Below, one piece after another: positions 23,771 to 36,353 of a DNA stretch of 64,000 bases (position 1 is its first letter; each line of letters starts with the position of its first letter). The notes under the pieces are model-generated. The model was not told where the DNA came from. It worked only from the letters and a program-made list of their open reading frames with translations, and made no database searches. Source of the DNA: Octopus sinensis (lineage: Eukaryota); the NCBI RefSeq assembly GCF_006345805.1, contig NW_021832845.1, positions 7,377 to 71,376 of the forward strand, given 5' to 3'. Both the position numbers and the translations under genes were made by a program.

Positions 23771-26174
23771 AAAAAGGAGGCTGGGCGGCAGGTCTACATT
23801 GCCAAAGATGTAGCAGAAAAGAAGAAGTTTGCCAATGTCCAGCGTCGCGAGGATCAAAGAGCTGAAGTATTTCGGATTGCCAGACAGTGTGTCAGAGAAA
23901 ATAGCGATGTTATAGGAGAGAAATGTGTCCGCATGGATGATGGGGCACTTGCTTTTACTACTAGTGAAAAGAAAGAGGCTTGGAGAAGCCATTATGAAAG
24001 ACTGCTGAATGAGGAGAATGAATGGGAGGAAGAGAGCCTGCCAAATGTTGACCCAGTAGAGGGACCAGCTACCCGAATAGACAGCTCCCTTGTAGATAAG
24101 GCAATTAAGGATATGAAACCAGGCAAAGCCCCTGGCCTATCAGGAATCACTGCTGAGATGCTTAAAACAGCTGGCTATGTGGGCTATGCCATAGTCACCC
24201 GCATTGTAAACCAGGTAGTCCACAATGGAGTCATACCCAATGACTGGTGCAGCAGCACCATAGTCAACTGCTACAAGGGTAAGGGTGATGCTCTAGATAG
24301 AAATAACTACAGAGGTATCAAACTGTTGGACCAGGTGATGAAGGTCTCAGAGAAGGTCATAACCAATCTCATTAGGGAGAGAATTTGTTTAGATGAAATG
24401 CAGTTCGGTTTTGTACCAGGTAGAAGCACCACTGATGCTATATTCCTGGTCCGACAACTGCAGGAGAAGTACCTAGCTAAAGATAAACCCCTCTACATAG
24501 CTTTTGTAGACTTGGAGAAAGCCTTTGACAGGGTTCCCCGTTCCCTTATCTGGTGGTCAATGCGGAAACTGGAGATTGAAGAATGGCTAATAAGGGCTGT
24601 ACAGGCTCTATACAGAGAGGCTGTCAGCAAGGTTAGGATTGGCAACGAATATAGTGAAGAATTCCGGGTAGAAGTAGGTGTGCACCAGGGCTCAGCCTCA
24701 GTCCCCTTTTATTCATCATAGTCCTTCAGGCAATAACAGAGGAATTCAAAACGGGATGCCCCTGGGAGCTCCTCTATGCCGATGACCTAGCTCTCATAGC
24801 AGAATCACTACCGGAACTAGAAGAGAAATTTCGGGTGTGGAAGCAAGGGTTGGAATCAAAGGGCCTTAAAATAAATGTAGCAAAGACCAAAGTATTAGTA
24901 AGCAGCAAGAGGTACTCAGCACACATCCCCTCGGGTAGGTGGCCCTGCTCAACCTGTAGGAAAGGTACAGGTAGAAACTCCATAAGATGCACCCAATGTA
25001 AGTTATGGACACATAAGAGGTGCAGCAACATTAAAGGGAAATTAACAGATAAGATAGCTTTCATGTGCGGCAGATGCACAGGGACAATAGACACAACAGA
25101 CACTCAGAAAACAGATTCCATCACACTCCAGGGAGAGAAACTAGAAGTAGTTGATAGTTTCCGCTACCTGGGTGACCAAGTTAGTAGCGGAGGTGGATGC
25201 ACAGAGAGTATCACCACTAGAATACGAATAGCCTGGGCAAAGTTCAGAAAGCTCCTACCCCTACTGGCAACAAAAGGTCTCTCCCTCAGAGCAAAAGGTA
25301 GATTGTATGATGCATGTGTGCGAACTGCCATGCTTCACGGTAATGAAACATGGGCTGTGACTGCAGAGACATGCGTAGACTTGAAAGAAATGAAGCTAGC
25401 ATGATCCGCTGGATGTGTAGTGTCAGTGTGCACGCAAAACAGAGTGTAAGTATCCTGAGAGAAATGCTGGATATAAGAAGCATCAGATGTGGTGTGCAAG
25501 AGCGACGCTTGCGATGGTATGGTCATGTGCTGCGGATGGATGAAGAGAGATGTGTGAAGAAGTGCCACTCCCAAACAGTTGAAGGTATCAGGGGGAGAGG
25601 TAGACCCAGGAAGACATGGGATGAGGTGGTCAAGCATGACCTCAGAGCATTGGGCCTCACTGAGGCAATGGCGAAGGACCGAGATCTTTGGAGATATGCT
25701 GTGACTACAAAGACCCGGGCTGCTTTCTGCAGCAATTCCACATACCCGCTACCCATTCTAAGTACCCCGGATCCCCAAGAGGCAATGGCGAAGGACCGAG
25801 ATCTTTGGAGATATGCTGTGACTACAAAGACCCGGGCTGCTTTCTGCAGCAATTCCACATACCCCCTACCCATTCTAAGTACCCCGGATCCCCAAAGTAC
25901 CCCGGACCTCGTTGCCCCCGTGCCGCTGACACGTTAAAATGCTCGAACCGATCGTGACGATGCCGGACCCTCCGGCCCCTGTGCAGGTGGCACGTAAAAA
26001 GCACCCAATCCACTCTCGGAGTGGTTGGCGTTAGGAAGGGCATCCAGCCGTAGAAAACCTGCCAGATTCAGACTGGAGCCTGGAGCGGCCCCTGGCTTCC
26101 CAGACCCGGTCGAACCGTCCAACCCGTGCTAGCGCGGAAAGCGGACGTTAAACGATGATGATGATGATGATGAT
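23769..26174 (+). mobile_element. 5'-truncated RTE LINE (RT plus C-terminus, frameshifted) with 3'UTR and (GAT)n tail
   Basis: RT motifs QFGFVPGRSTTDAIF, FVDLEKAFDRVPR, GVHQGS, LLYADDL; Cys-rich CSTC..C..C..C insert; RLRWYGHVLRM; tail taaacgatgatgat. Confidence 0.95.
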
Positions 26175-26179
26175 ATATC

Positions 26180-26918
26180 CGCTCCACCGGTCACTCCTTG
26201 CAACACCTATCTGTGTTCGGTTTGTCCTTACACAGAGGCCATCCGGATTCCCGTTTGCGCCGTGAACAGGAATTAATCTTCTCTCTTCGCTCTTATACGC
26301 CATTTGGTCTCAACTCTCCCCCCCTCCTCATCTAACCCCCCTCTCCCACCTCCTCACCTATCCTTTCTCCCCCCAACCCCTACTTCTTCAGTCCTTCATC
26401 CTTTCACCCCTACTCGCCTTCCCTTCTTCCCTCTTTCTCCCTCCCTCTTCCCCTTCCTCTGCTCCCTCACTCCCTCTCTCCCCCTCTCTCCTCCTTCATC
26501 CCCCTCCTCCCCTTCCTTCTCCCCCTTCCTCTCCTCTTCCCTCTTCTCCTCCCCCTCTTCTTCCCCTCCCCTTCTCTCCCCCCTCTTCCCTCTCCCCCTC
26601 TTCTCCCCCTCCCCCTCTTCTCCTCACTACACCACATGACTTTACACATCACATCACATATGATGTGCCATACTAATACACACACCAACTAATACATACT
26701 AATACGTACTAATACATACTAGTACATACTAATACTTACACCAACCCTATACATACACACGTCCAGACCCCGCATACGCACTTATACTCTCTCACACACA
26801 CACACACACACATACCTATACATACCAATACGTACTAATACATACTAATACATACTAATACATACACCAACCCCATACATACGCATGTCCAGACCAATCT
26901 TACGCACTAATACTCTCT

Positions 26919-26957
<39 letters not shown>

Positions 26958-27323
26958 ATACATACTAATACATACACCAACCCTATACATACACACATCC
27001 AGACCCCTCCCACGCACTTTTAGCTGGTCCCTCAACCCTTTTATCAACCCTATTATCTCCCCTTATTTCGCTCTCGCATCTCATGTTGATCTTTGACCTC
27101 TGGCCGAAATCAGATCGCCATGTTGATTCGTTAGCTACTGCACGCATTTTTTTCTCTCCTTCTTTCTGTGTTTTTCTCTCTCTGTGTATCTTTCTGTTGA
27201 AGAGCGTAGGCTCGAAACGTTAAAGACTTGTTTTATTTATATTTCCTGAGCGCCATACTAATACAATTGTTCGTTTGTTTTCCACCTGCCTTCGTCTTTT
27301 GTTTATTTTCATAAAGCTTCCCG

Positions 27324-27335
<12 letters not shown>
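26180..27335 (+). mobile_element. Probable Penelope-like 3'/pLTR-derived fragment with a C/T-rich tract (26305-26635) and a hammerhead motif
   Basis: Ends in ttccacctgccttcgtcttttgtttattttcataaagcttcccgtta, also seen at 10200-10250, and carries the minimal hammerhead at 27189. Confidence 0.45.
27189..27226 (+). ncRNA. Minimal type I hammerhead-like motif (A6 to U variant)
   Basis: UCUUU-CUGUUGA-a-GAGC-guag-GCUC-GAAA-CG-UU-AAAGA. 5-bp stem I, 4-bp stem II, palindromic ACGU stem III. Confidence 0.6.
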
Positions 27336-27363
<28 letters not shown>

Positions 27364-27574
27364 CGGGAAGCAAAATATATAACAGCAAAATTTAGATTCC
27401 AATGAATATGGTACTTAAGTTAGATGCACCAGAATTTGGTATGGTGTTATCCATATAAATCCGTGGGTGGTTATAATCAACAAGAATAACTTCAGTAATT
27501 TGGTACGATCGTTTCATGCTACATCATTTTATTAAATGTTGTAAATATTACAAGAGTTATACATATATGTATAT

Positions 27575-30500
27575 CTGAAAGGCAGATCTGGTGAGATCGT
27601 CGAATTCACACTGAAAGGCAGATCTGGTGAGATCGTCGAATTCACACTGAAAGGCAGATCTGGTGAGATCGTCGAATTGCTTGAACGGAGGTGTGTAGAT
27701 ATATGCTGTATTCAAGAGGTGAGGTGGAGAGGAGGTTCTGCTAGGTTCCTCACGGGTAAAGGACAGAGGTATAAAATTTTCTGGGCCGGGAATACTGAAG
27801 GAGTCGGGGGAGTGGGTATGCTTATTGCCGAAAAATGGGTAGATAAAGTCATCGAGGTAGTCAGAGTATGTGACAGAATATTGAAGATTAGATTAGTGCT
27901 CCATCATAGTTTAGCAACTATTATATCGGCCTATGCCCCTCAGCCAGGGTTACCCGATGGACAGAAAGACCGTTTCTATGACACCCTACTGCAGACCACC
28001 TCATTGACGAACAACAGGGACCTTCTCTTTGTGGCTGGTGACTTCAATGGGCATGTTGGACGATATGCTGAGGGCTTCTATGGCGTGCATGGAGGCTATG
28101 GTTATGGTTCTCGCAATGAGGAGGGAACCAGGCTGCTGGAGTTCTGTGATGCGAATAGTCTTATGGTTTGCAACACTAACTTCAGGAAACCAACAAGCCA
28201 CTTGGTCACCTACCATTCGGGCCAGCATACTAGCCAAATCGACTACATCCTTGCCAGAAAAAGGGAAAGATGGCTGCTTATGAATGCCAAAACCTTCCCA
28301 GGCGAAGAATGTACCCCACAGCATAGAATGGTAGTCAGTGACTTTAGGATCAGGACTAAGAGGACGACTAGAAGACGACCAACATGGAGAAGAAGGGTCT
28401 GGAAGCTTAAAGACCCTGCTAACGGACAGAGATTTAGAGACATGTTACTTGAAGCCTTCGACGAAATAGAAGGGGGCATAGCTACACATGGGGTAGAAGA
28501 TAACTGGGCGTTTCTAAGGGACAACCTGCTGAAAGCCACTGACCAGATCTGTGGCTGGTGCAAAGTCCCCACAAGACCCAAAATAACGTGGTGGTGGAAC
28601 AATACTGTTGACAGGGCTATTAGACAAAAGAAACAGGCTTGGAAGGACTGGAAGAACGGTGGTAGCAGGGAAGTGTATCAGACTGCAAGAAGGGAAGCTA
28701 GGAGGCAGGTTTATTTAGCCAGAGGGGAAGCAGATAGGAAAAAATTTGCCAATGTCCTGTGCCGTGAGGATGAAAGACTTGAGGTATTTCGTATAGCAAG
28801 ACAGTGTGTGAGAGAGAATCGTGACGTGGTAGGAGAAAAATGTGTTCGCACGGATGACGGCTCACTTGCGCTAAATGAGGATGCAAAGAGAGAGGTTTGG
28901 AGAAGCCACTATGAAAGGTTGCTGAATGAGGAAAATGAATGGGATAAAGAGAGTCTGCCGAATGTTGACCCAACTGAGGGACCAGCAATCCGAGTTGACA
29001 GTTCCTTAGTAGATAAGGCAATTAAAAGCATGAAAACAGGGAAAGCCCCAGGCCCATCAGGAATTACTGCAGAGATGCTCAAAATATCTGGTAGTGTCGG
29101 CTATAGCCTAGTCACCCGTATAGTTAACCAGGTGATACACGAAGGAGTCATTCCCAATGACTGGTGTAGCAGCATAATAGTCAGCTGCTACAAAGGTAAA
29201 GGTGACGCCCTAGATACAAATAACTACAGGAGTATCAAGCTGCTGGATCAGGTAATGAAGGTTACGGAGAGGGTTATAGCCCAACTAATTAGAGAGAGAG
29301 AGTTAGCCTAGATCAGATGCAGTTTGGGTTCGTGCCAGGGAAAAGTACTACTGATGCTATTTTCATGGTAAGACAGCTGCAAGAGAAATACCTAGCCAAA
29401 GACTAGCCCCTATACCTGGCTTTTGTTGATATGGAGAAAGCCTTCGACAGGGTCCCCCGATCCCTCATCTGGTGGTCAATGAGGAAACTAGGGATAGATG
29501 AATGGTTAGTGAAAGCTGGACAAGCCATGTACAGAGACGCTGCTAGTAAGGTGAGGGTTGGCACCGAGTACAGTGAAGAATTCAGGGTAGAGGTTGGGGT
29601 CCACCAAGGTTCAGTCCTCAGTCCCCTCCTATTTATCATAGTCCTCCAGGCAATAACGGAGGAATTCAAGACAGGATGCCCCTGGGAGCTCCTCTATGCT
29701 GATGACCTTGCTCTAATTGCTGAGCCTCTATCAGAACTAGAGGAGAAGTTTCAGGTATGGAAACAAGGTTTAGAATCGAAGGGCCTTAGAATCAACCTAG
29801 CCAAAACCAAAGTCCTAATAAGTAGGAAGGTAGACCAATCACAAACGCCTTCAGGTAGATGGCCCTGCTCGATCTGTAGAAAAGGTGTAGGTAGAAACTC
29901 TATAAGATGCACCAAGTGTAAGCTATGGACACATAAGAGGTGAAGCAATGTCAAAGGAAGGCTAACTAGGAAGATGGTTTTTGTATGTGGCAGATGCTCA
30001 GGAACAATTAACACTGAAAATGCTCTGAGACCAACTTCCGTCACTTTCCAGGGAGAAAAGCTAGAAGTAGTTGATAGTTTCCGTTACCTAGGTGACCAAG
30101 TCAGTAGCGGGGGTGGGTGCGCTGAAAGTATAACTGCTAGAGTAAGAATAGCCTGGGCAAAGTTTAGGGAGCTCTTACCTCTGCTGGTGACTAAAGGCCT
30201 CTCGCTCAGAGTAAAAGGCAGACTGTATGATGCATGTGTACGAACAACCATGCTACATGGTAGTGAAACTTGGGCTGTGACTGCTGAGGATTTGTGTAAG
30301 CTCGCAAGAAATGAAGCTAGTATGCTCCGATGGATGTGTAATGTCAGTATTCATAATCGACAGAGTGTAAGTACCTTGAGAGAAAAGTTGAACCTAAGAA
30401 GCATCAGTTGTTGTGTGCAAGAGAGACGTATGCGCTGGTATGGTCATGTGATGAGAATGGCTGAAGATAGTTGTGTGCGAAAGTGCCAGACCCTGGCAGT

Positions 30501-31335
30501 TGAGGGGACCTGTGGAAGAGGTAGACCCAGGAAAACCTGGGTCGAGGCGGTGAAGCACGACCTTCGAACTTTAGGTCTCACCAAGGAAATGACCAGTGAC
30601 CGAGACCTTTGGAAGTATGCTGTGCGTGAGAAAACCCGGCAAGACCAGTGAGAACAGTCAAAATCAAAATCAAACCAAATTGAGGTCGATCAACATCAGG
30701 GCCCCCCGTGCAGGTGACACGTAAAAGCACCATCCGTTCGTAGCCGATTGCCAGCCCTGTCTGGCCCCCGTGTCGGTGGCACGTAAAAGCACCAGCCGTT
30801 TGTGTTCATTGCCATCCTGGCCTGGCCCCCGTGCCGGTGACACGTAAAAGCACCATCCGTTTGTAGCCGTTTGCCAGCTCTGTCTGGCCCCCATGCCGGT
30901 GACACGTAAAAGCACCATCCGTTCGTGGCCGTTTGCCAGCCCTGTCTGGCCCCCATGTCGGTGACATGTAAAAGCACCATCCGTTCGTGGCCGTTTGCCA
31001 GCCCTGTCTGGCCCCCATGTCGGTGACATGTAAAAGCACCATCGGTTCGTGTCCGTTGCCAGCCTCGCCTGGCCCCGTGCCGGTGACACGTAAAAGCACC
31101 ATCCGTTCGTGGCCGTTTGCCAGCTCTGTCTGGCACCTGTGCGGATGGCACGTAAAAAGCACCCACTACACTCACGGAGTGGTTGGCGTTAGGAAGGGCA
31201 TCCAGCTGTAGAAACACTGCCAGATCTGACTGGGCCTGATGAAGCCTTCCAGCTTCACAGACCCCAGTTGAACCGTCCAACCCATGCTAACATGGAGAAC
31301 GGACGCTAAATGATGATGATGATGATGATGATGAT
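27575..31335 (+). mobile_element. Near-full-ORF RTE LINE (APE endonuclease plus RT), defective, with 3'UTR tandem units and (GAT)n tail
   Basis: APE motifs DICCIQEVRW, AYAPQ, AGDFNGHVG, QIDYIL, HRMVV; RT FVDMEKAFDRVPR, QGSVLSPLLF, YADDL. GA-slippage frameshift near 29300; stops at 29403 and 29941. Confidence 0.95.
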
Positions 31336-31645
31336 ATATAAAATTAGAAAAAAACACCTTTTATCAATTCAAAATGAACAACTAAATTACACCATCTAGA
31401 AAATTACATTTAATAGAAATATTAAAATTAAAATAACAATAAAATATCAATGATAAAGTAAATTGCAAAAAGAAAATAAAAAACAAATATAATGGGTATT
31501 ATTTTTTTTTGCAATTTACATAATCATTGATATTTTATTGTTATTTTCATTTTAATATTTCTATTATATGTAATTTTCTAGATGGTGTAATTTAATTGTT
31601 CATTTTGAATTGATAAAAGGTGTTTTTTTTTCTATTTTTTGATAT
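31335..31645. repeat. About 310-bp AT-rich near-perfect palindrome (foldback)
   Basis: aaaaaacaccttttatcaattcaaaatgaacaa... mirrored by ...ttgttcattttgaattgataaaaggtgttttt. Confidence 0.8.
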
Positions 31646-31889
31646 ATATATTATATTGTGTGAAATTTGATTTAGTATTTCTAAATTGAATTTTTTTTCC
31701 CTGTAAGTTTGGATTTATATTCCCTCACATAATAATTATATACATATATATATTAAGTTCAGGACATCACTGGCAAGTTATAAATCAACCCATGCTAGCA
31801 TGGAAAACGGACGCTAAACGATGATGATGATGATGATGATGACAAGAGATAAGAAAGTGACAAAATAACAAAATACTTAACACCCAGTC

Positions 31890-32180
31890 ATAATGTTGTA
31901 AGAGGCAGCTTCTGCCTGGTCGAAATCCATGCTGGGTATCAGTAAGCAAGTCATTTTCTTCATGGAACACGATTTGTTTCTTGTAGACTATTCAGTCTAT
32001 GACTTTGCTGATGTGTGAGGTCAAAGAGATAGGCCTATAATTTTTAGCACCTGCCCTGCTTCCTCCTTTATGAATACAGCATATTATTCCTTCTTTCAAT
32101 TTGTCTGGGAGCTTACAAATTAAAAGAAGCTGCAGTGGTTTTGCAAGGCCCAAATATCCTGCCATTTTTATGATTAAACT
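31890..32180 (-). mobile_element. CR1/L2-like LINE RT fragment
   Basis: Minus: NYRPISLTSHISKV...ENDLLTDTQHGFRPGRSC. Confidence 0.75.
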
Positions 32181-32334
32181 GGCCAGCTCTGGCCTCTCCC
32201 ATCTAACCTACAATGTCATTCGAAATATTCATCATCACATTATTGAAATCTCAAAGCTATGAGATAATCCATGATTAATTCAAACCAATGTGAATAAATA
32301 AGGATTACGTTTCACTGAATAATCTGAATGCTAA

Positions 32335-32610
32335 AGGGTTGGACGGATCGACCAGGATCTGGGAAGCCAGGAGGCTGCACCAGGCTCCAGTCTGATCTGG
32401 CAGTTTTTCTACAGCTCGATGCCCTTCCTAAATGCCAACCACTCCGTGAGTGTAGTGGGTACTTTTTATGTGCTAGGGGAGGCTGGCAACGGCCATGATC
32501 GGTTGGTGGTTTTTACATGCCACCGACATGGAAGCCAGTCAAGGCGGCGCTGGCATCGGCAACATACGGATGGTGTTTTTTACGTGCCACTGGCACAGGT
32601 GCCATAAATG
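32335..32610 (-). mobile_element. RTE 3'UTR-derived fragment
   Basis: ggatgcccttcctaaatgccaaccactccgtgagtgtagtgggt core shared with the other RTE ends. Confidence 0.7.
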
Positions 32611-33349
32611 ATGATGACAAACATCATAACCACAATCCTATTCAGAACGACTGTCCTAATCGCAGCTACATGGTAACCAAATGAGTGGTGGTGCAATGAA
32701 GAAAAGCAGCCACTACATGTGGTAAAGTGGTGGGTGTTAAGAAGGCCATGAAGCAATAGAAGCCTTGCCAATGCATGGAATGGAGTTCACCACAATGCTG
32801 TGGCTTGTTGGATCCATAGCAAAATTGAAGGTGTCAGTCCTATATGGACCCCCACAAACCATCATGACCCTGGTCGAAAACCACTGTTGCAGTATATTCC
32901 CTGATGTGCATTTTTGGCTCATTAGCCTTTCTCAATGGTCAAATTAAAAATTTTTTTAAATCAAAAATCAAAAGATTGGCTAAAAGTTATGAGTTAAGGG
33001 AAAGAAATAGAAGACAGAACTGAAAAGGTAATGTCTAGTTTAAAAAGAGAGAAAAGGTTTGTTAATCAACTTACCACTTTTGCTGATATCATAATCATTG
33101 TTATATTTCCAAGCTGTAAAAACTGAAAACATAAACTTTTGATTTTAAGATGATATAATTCAAAATAATGTGAATAAAAAAACATTATATTTCACAGTAA
33201 TCTGATTGCTAAAGGATTAAACCAGCCATATCTGTTTTATGTTTGAACTAGCCACATCCACCCTCTCACACCTACCCTACAATGTCAGCCTAAAAATAAA
33301 CAATCACATCATCAAAATGTCAAAACTACAAGATAATTGAATGATTAAT

Positions 33350-34200
33350 TCAAAAACCAGGAGGCAGGAAGTAGGTAGCTCAATGTGGGTGTGTTGACCC
33401 AAGGAGGGGTAAGAAGAGATAGCCAGATGAGGATGATGGAGGTGGGGTGATCAAGGTATTGAAAGAAGCAGAAGTGGAAAATTGGGAGATGAGTGGGAGG
33501 AGTGAGAGGAAAAGTATTTTCAAGGGTGGTCATTGTTGGGTATGACAATAGATGTTAATAGTTAGGGATGGTGGCACTATAGAACTAAGGGAAATTGGAA
33601 AGGTGGAAGATGGGAGAGGCGAGTATTAAAAGAAGAGAAAGGGTCCAGTTACAGATGCTAGTAGTGTAGCAAAGGGGAAATCTGAAAAATGAAGATGGGT
33701 TGGTGGCACATCAAATTACCGAGGTATGTAGACATGTATGAGCAACTAGATTACATAGATTTAACATAATAGGCAAACAAGGAATAGGTTCTGTGTTTAC
33801 ATGAGAGGATTACATCTGAAAATTTATTAAATAATGAGGGGTTGTGGTTTTGAAAGATAGTGGATGATTCTCATACACAGTGCCAAGATTAGTGTTGAAT
33901 GGGGTGGGTAGGTGTGAGGGCCCACTGTTAATTAACCAGGGTAGAATATAGGGAATGTTTTGGGACCTGAGGTTCTGTATATAATTTGTTAATGAGTTAG
34001 TTAATTTATAAGTTGGATTGTGGTGGAAAATCAAAAATTTTGCAAAATTTTCTTCCATAAAATGCATCATTTCTAAAGCTCTGCTAAAAACAAAATTGGA
34101 AAAATCCCTGTCCAAACAAAGAAAATCCTCCTTATGTGAGAGACCAATTCCAGACCTCTGTGCACTTGAGTAAGTTTGCCTTAACAAAAATAAGTTATGG
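33350..34200 (-). mobile_element. Highly decayed retroelement coding fragment, possibly Penelope-like RT
   Basis: Faint motifs (HHNPT; TSIVIPNND resembling SLYTVIP) and purine-skewed composition. No clean ORF. Confidence 0.3.
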
Positions 34201-35106
34201 AAAAAATGAAATAAAATAAAAAATAAAACTTACGGAAATATATTATAGAGAAAAGGAGGACCACCTTTAATAAGTTCGAAATACCCATGATCTGAAAAAA
34301 TAAGTTTCAAAAGCTGCAAAATAACAAAGCTTATAACCCAGGGTCCGCTGCTGGTCAGGTTGAGAAAACAAACAGTCACAATATCATCAGTCACTCTTTA
34401 ATAGATTTATGGTCGAGACTCTGGCAGTGGAGATCTTATTCTTAACTATTTCAAATACTATATATATCTTTACTACCTACAAGGGGCTAAACACAGAGGC
34501 GACAAATGGATTAAATTGATTACATCGACCCCAGTGCGTAACTGGTACTTAATTTTTCGACCTTGAAAGGATGAAAGGCAAAGTCAACCTCAGCGGAATT
34601 TGAACTCAGAACGTAGCGGCAGACGAAATACGGCTACACATTTCGCCCGGTGTGCTAACATTTCTCCAGCTCACCCTACTTGTGAAACTGATGTATCCAG
34701 ATGTGGTGAGAGGTCAGACGCAACACACATCCAAGCCTCAAATCTGAAGTTGGTGCCAGAATACCAAGAAATGGACAAACTAATTATTAAGTAAACATAT
34801 ATTTCTACACAAAACTTGCCCTGAATTGAGTTTAATAAGTCTTCCTTAGCCGAAACTTAGCATGAAATTGTTGTGTGGAGAATGTCGTTTTTAACATTTG
34901 GAGGACCATTAGGCAAACTGGGCAAATATTGTCGTACATATAAATTTTGGTTTTCTTTGAGAAATATTGGTAAAATTCTGCCAATAAAGACCATGTTGTG
35001 CAATATATATAATTTTGTAAATTATTAAATTCAGGTGTAATTTTTTTCATCCGATTTTGAATAGTCAGAATATGTGTCAGTATTTACATATTTGTTTTGG
35101 GTTGTT

Positions 35107-35158
<52 letters not shown>

Positions 35159-35569
35159 ACATCTCCTAATGAGTTTGCAGTAAGTTACAGATATTGATAA
35201 TGTCTTGAATTTATGTTTTTAATGCTTAAAATAAGGAATTAGTTTTCACATTTTGTTTGTTCTTTAATCTACGTCTATATGTTATTCTGTGAAAGGTATA
35301 CAGTGTCTGTGGGATGTGCAAGACACAATAGCTAAATCTTCCTTATATCACACATCATTTCATTTCACCAAGAAAAAAAAAAGAAAAAGTAGATTTAAAT
35401 ATTTTCAAAAATTCATAGTGATACGTATTTACGTGGTACACTCTAAATTAAAACTAGGTGGTGCCCCAGCATGGCCACAGCTCGTGAGCTGAAACTAGAT
35501 GAAATGAAAAATGAATACACAGAAAGATAATATAACGATTTTTACTGAGGAAAATTTTTGGAAAGAAAT

Positions 35570-35780
35570 CTTTGTGGAATGGTGGGTTTATGGTCGAGTG
35601 TGCACATTGGAGATTTCTGGCACCCTAGGGCCTTGGATCACATCCCTGCTCACAGCTATCGGGCAGAAATGGCTACCTGCATGTGCAAGGCCTGTGGGTC
35701 AGAGTGGCTGTTCCAGCGCATCTCCGTTGCCATCCTCCTGGGCAACTCCTTTTCTATTTTGTCTGCTGGGACCTTGAGGT
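35570..35780 (+). mobile_element. 3' fragment of a restriction-like-endonuclease (CRE/R2-group) non-LTR retrotransposon
   Basis: LEISGTLGP...SEWLFQRISVAILLGNSFSIL resembles the conserved REL tail ETxGxWG...WLFQRISIAIQRGNA. Confidence 0.65.
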
Positions 35781-35815
35781 GGTCTGAATTACAACAAATT
35801 GTATGTTCCACTCCT

Positions 35816-36353
35816 TAACCCTTTCATTACTGCATTTATTTTGAGATGCTCTGTGTTCCTTTCAATTAATTTTGAATATAACAAAGAATTTAGAAAAATA
35901 ACTTAGTTATCATTAAGCTAGTGTTAGGAAGATAAATTGTGACTAAGGTTTGGTGGAAGATTTTAATTCAAAACTTTTGAAAACAAGACATTTGTACTCA
36001 GAGCCAGAGCCGGTTTTATCTGGGTTAGTATCAAAAGGGTAAATTTGCAGATTTTGTTTCACTTGTTAGAAATAGCAGCCAAATTTTGTGCAAATTGAAG
36101 ACACATTTGACTGACTGTCTTGAACCCTTTTCATTACCATATTTCTGTTGAGATGCTCTGTGTTTGTTTTTCAATTAATTTTAAATATAACAAAGAATTT
36201 AGAAAAATAACTTAGTTACCATTTAGCTAGTGTTAGTAACATAAATTGTGACAAAGGTTTGGAAGAAGATTTTAATTCAAAACTTTAAGAAAACAAGATG
36301 TTTGTACTACAGAGCCAGAGCAGGTTTTGGCCAGGTTGGTATCAAAAGGGTTA
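35816..36353. mobile_element. Two monomeric copies of the MITE that forms the 4.9-9.4 kb array (35816-36040 and 36122-36353, reverse orientation)
   Basis: taaccctttcattac...gagatgctctgtg...ggtatcaaaagggt(t)a; the interior matches the reverse complement of the 169-bp unit. Confidence 0.8.

Noticed and set aside
34600-34794. ORF considered as AATF exon 3
   Set aside because: It starts within a SINE remnant and lacks AATF acidic or Che1 motifs and consistent splice phases.
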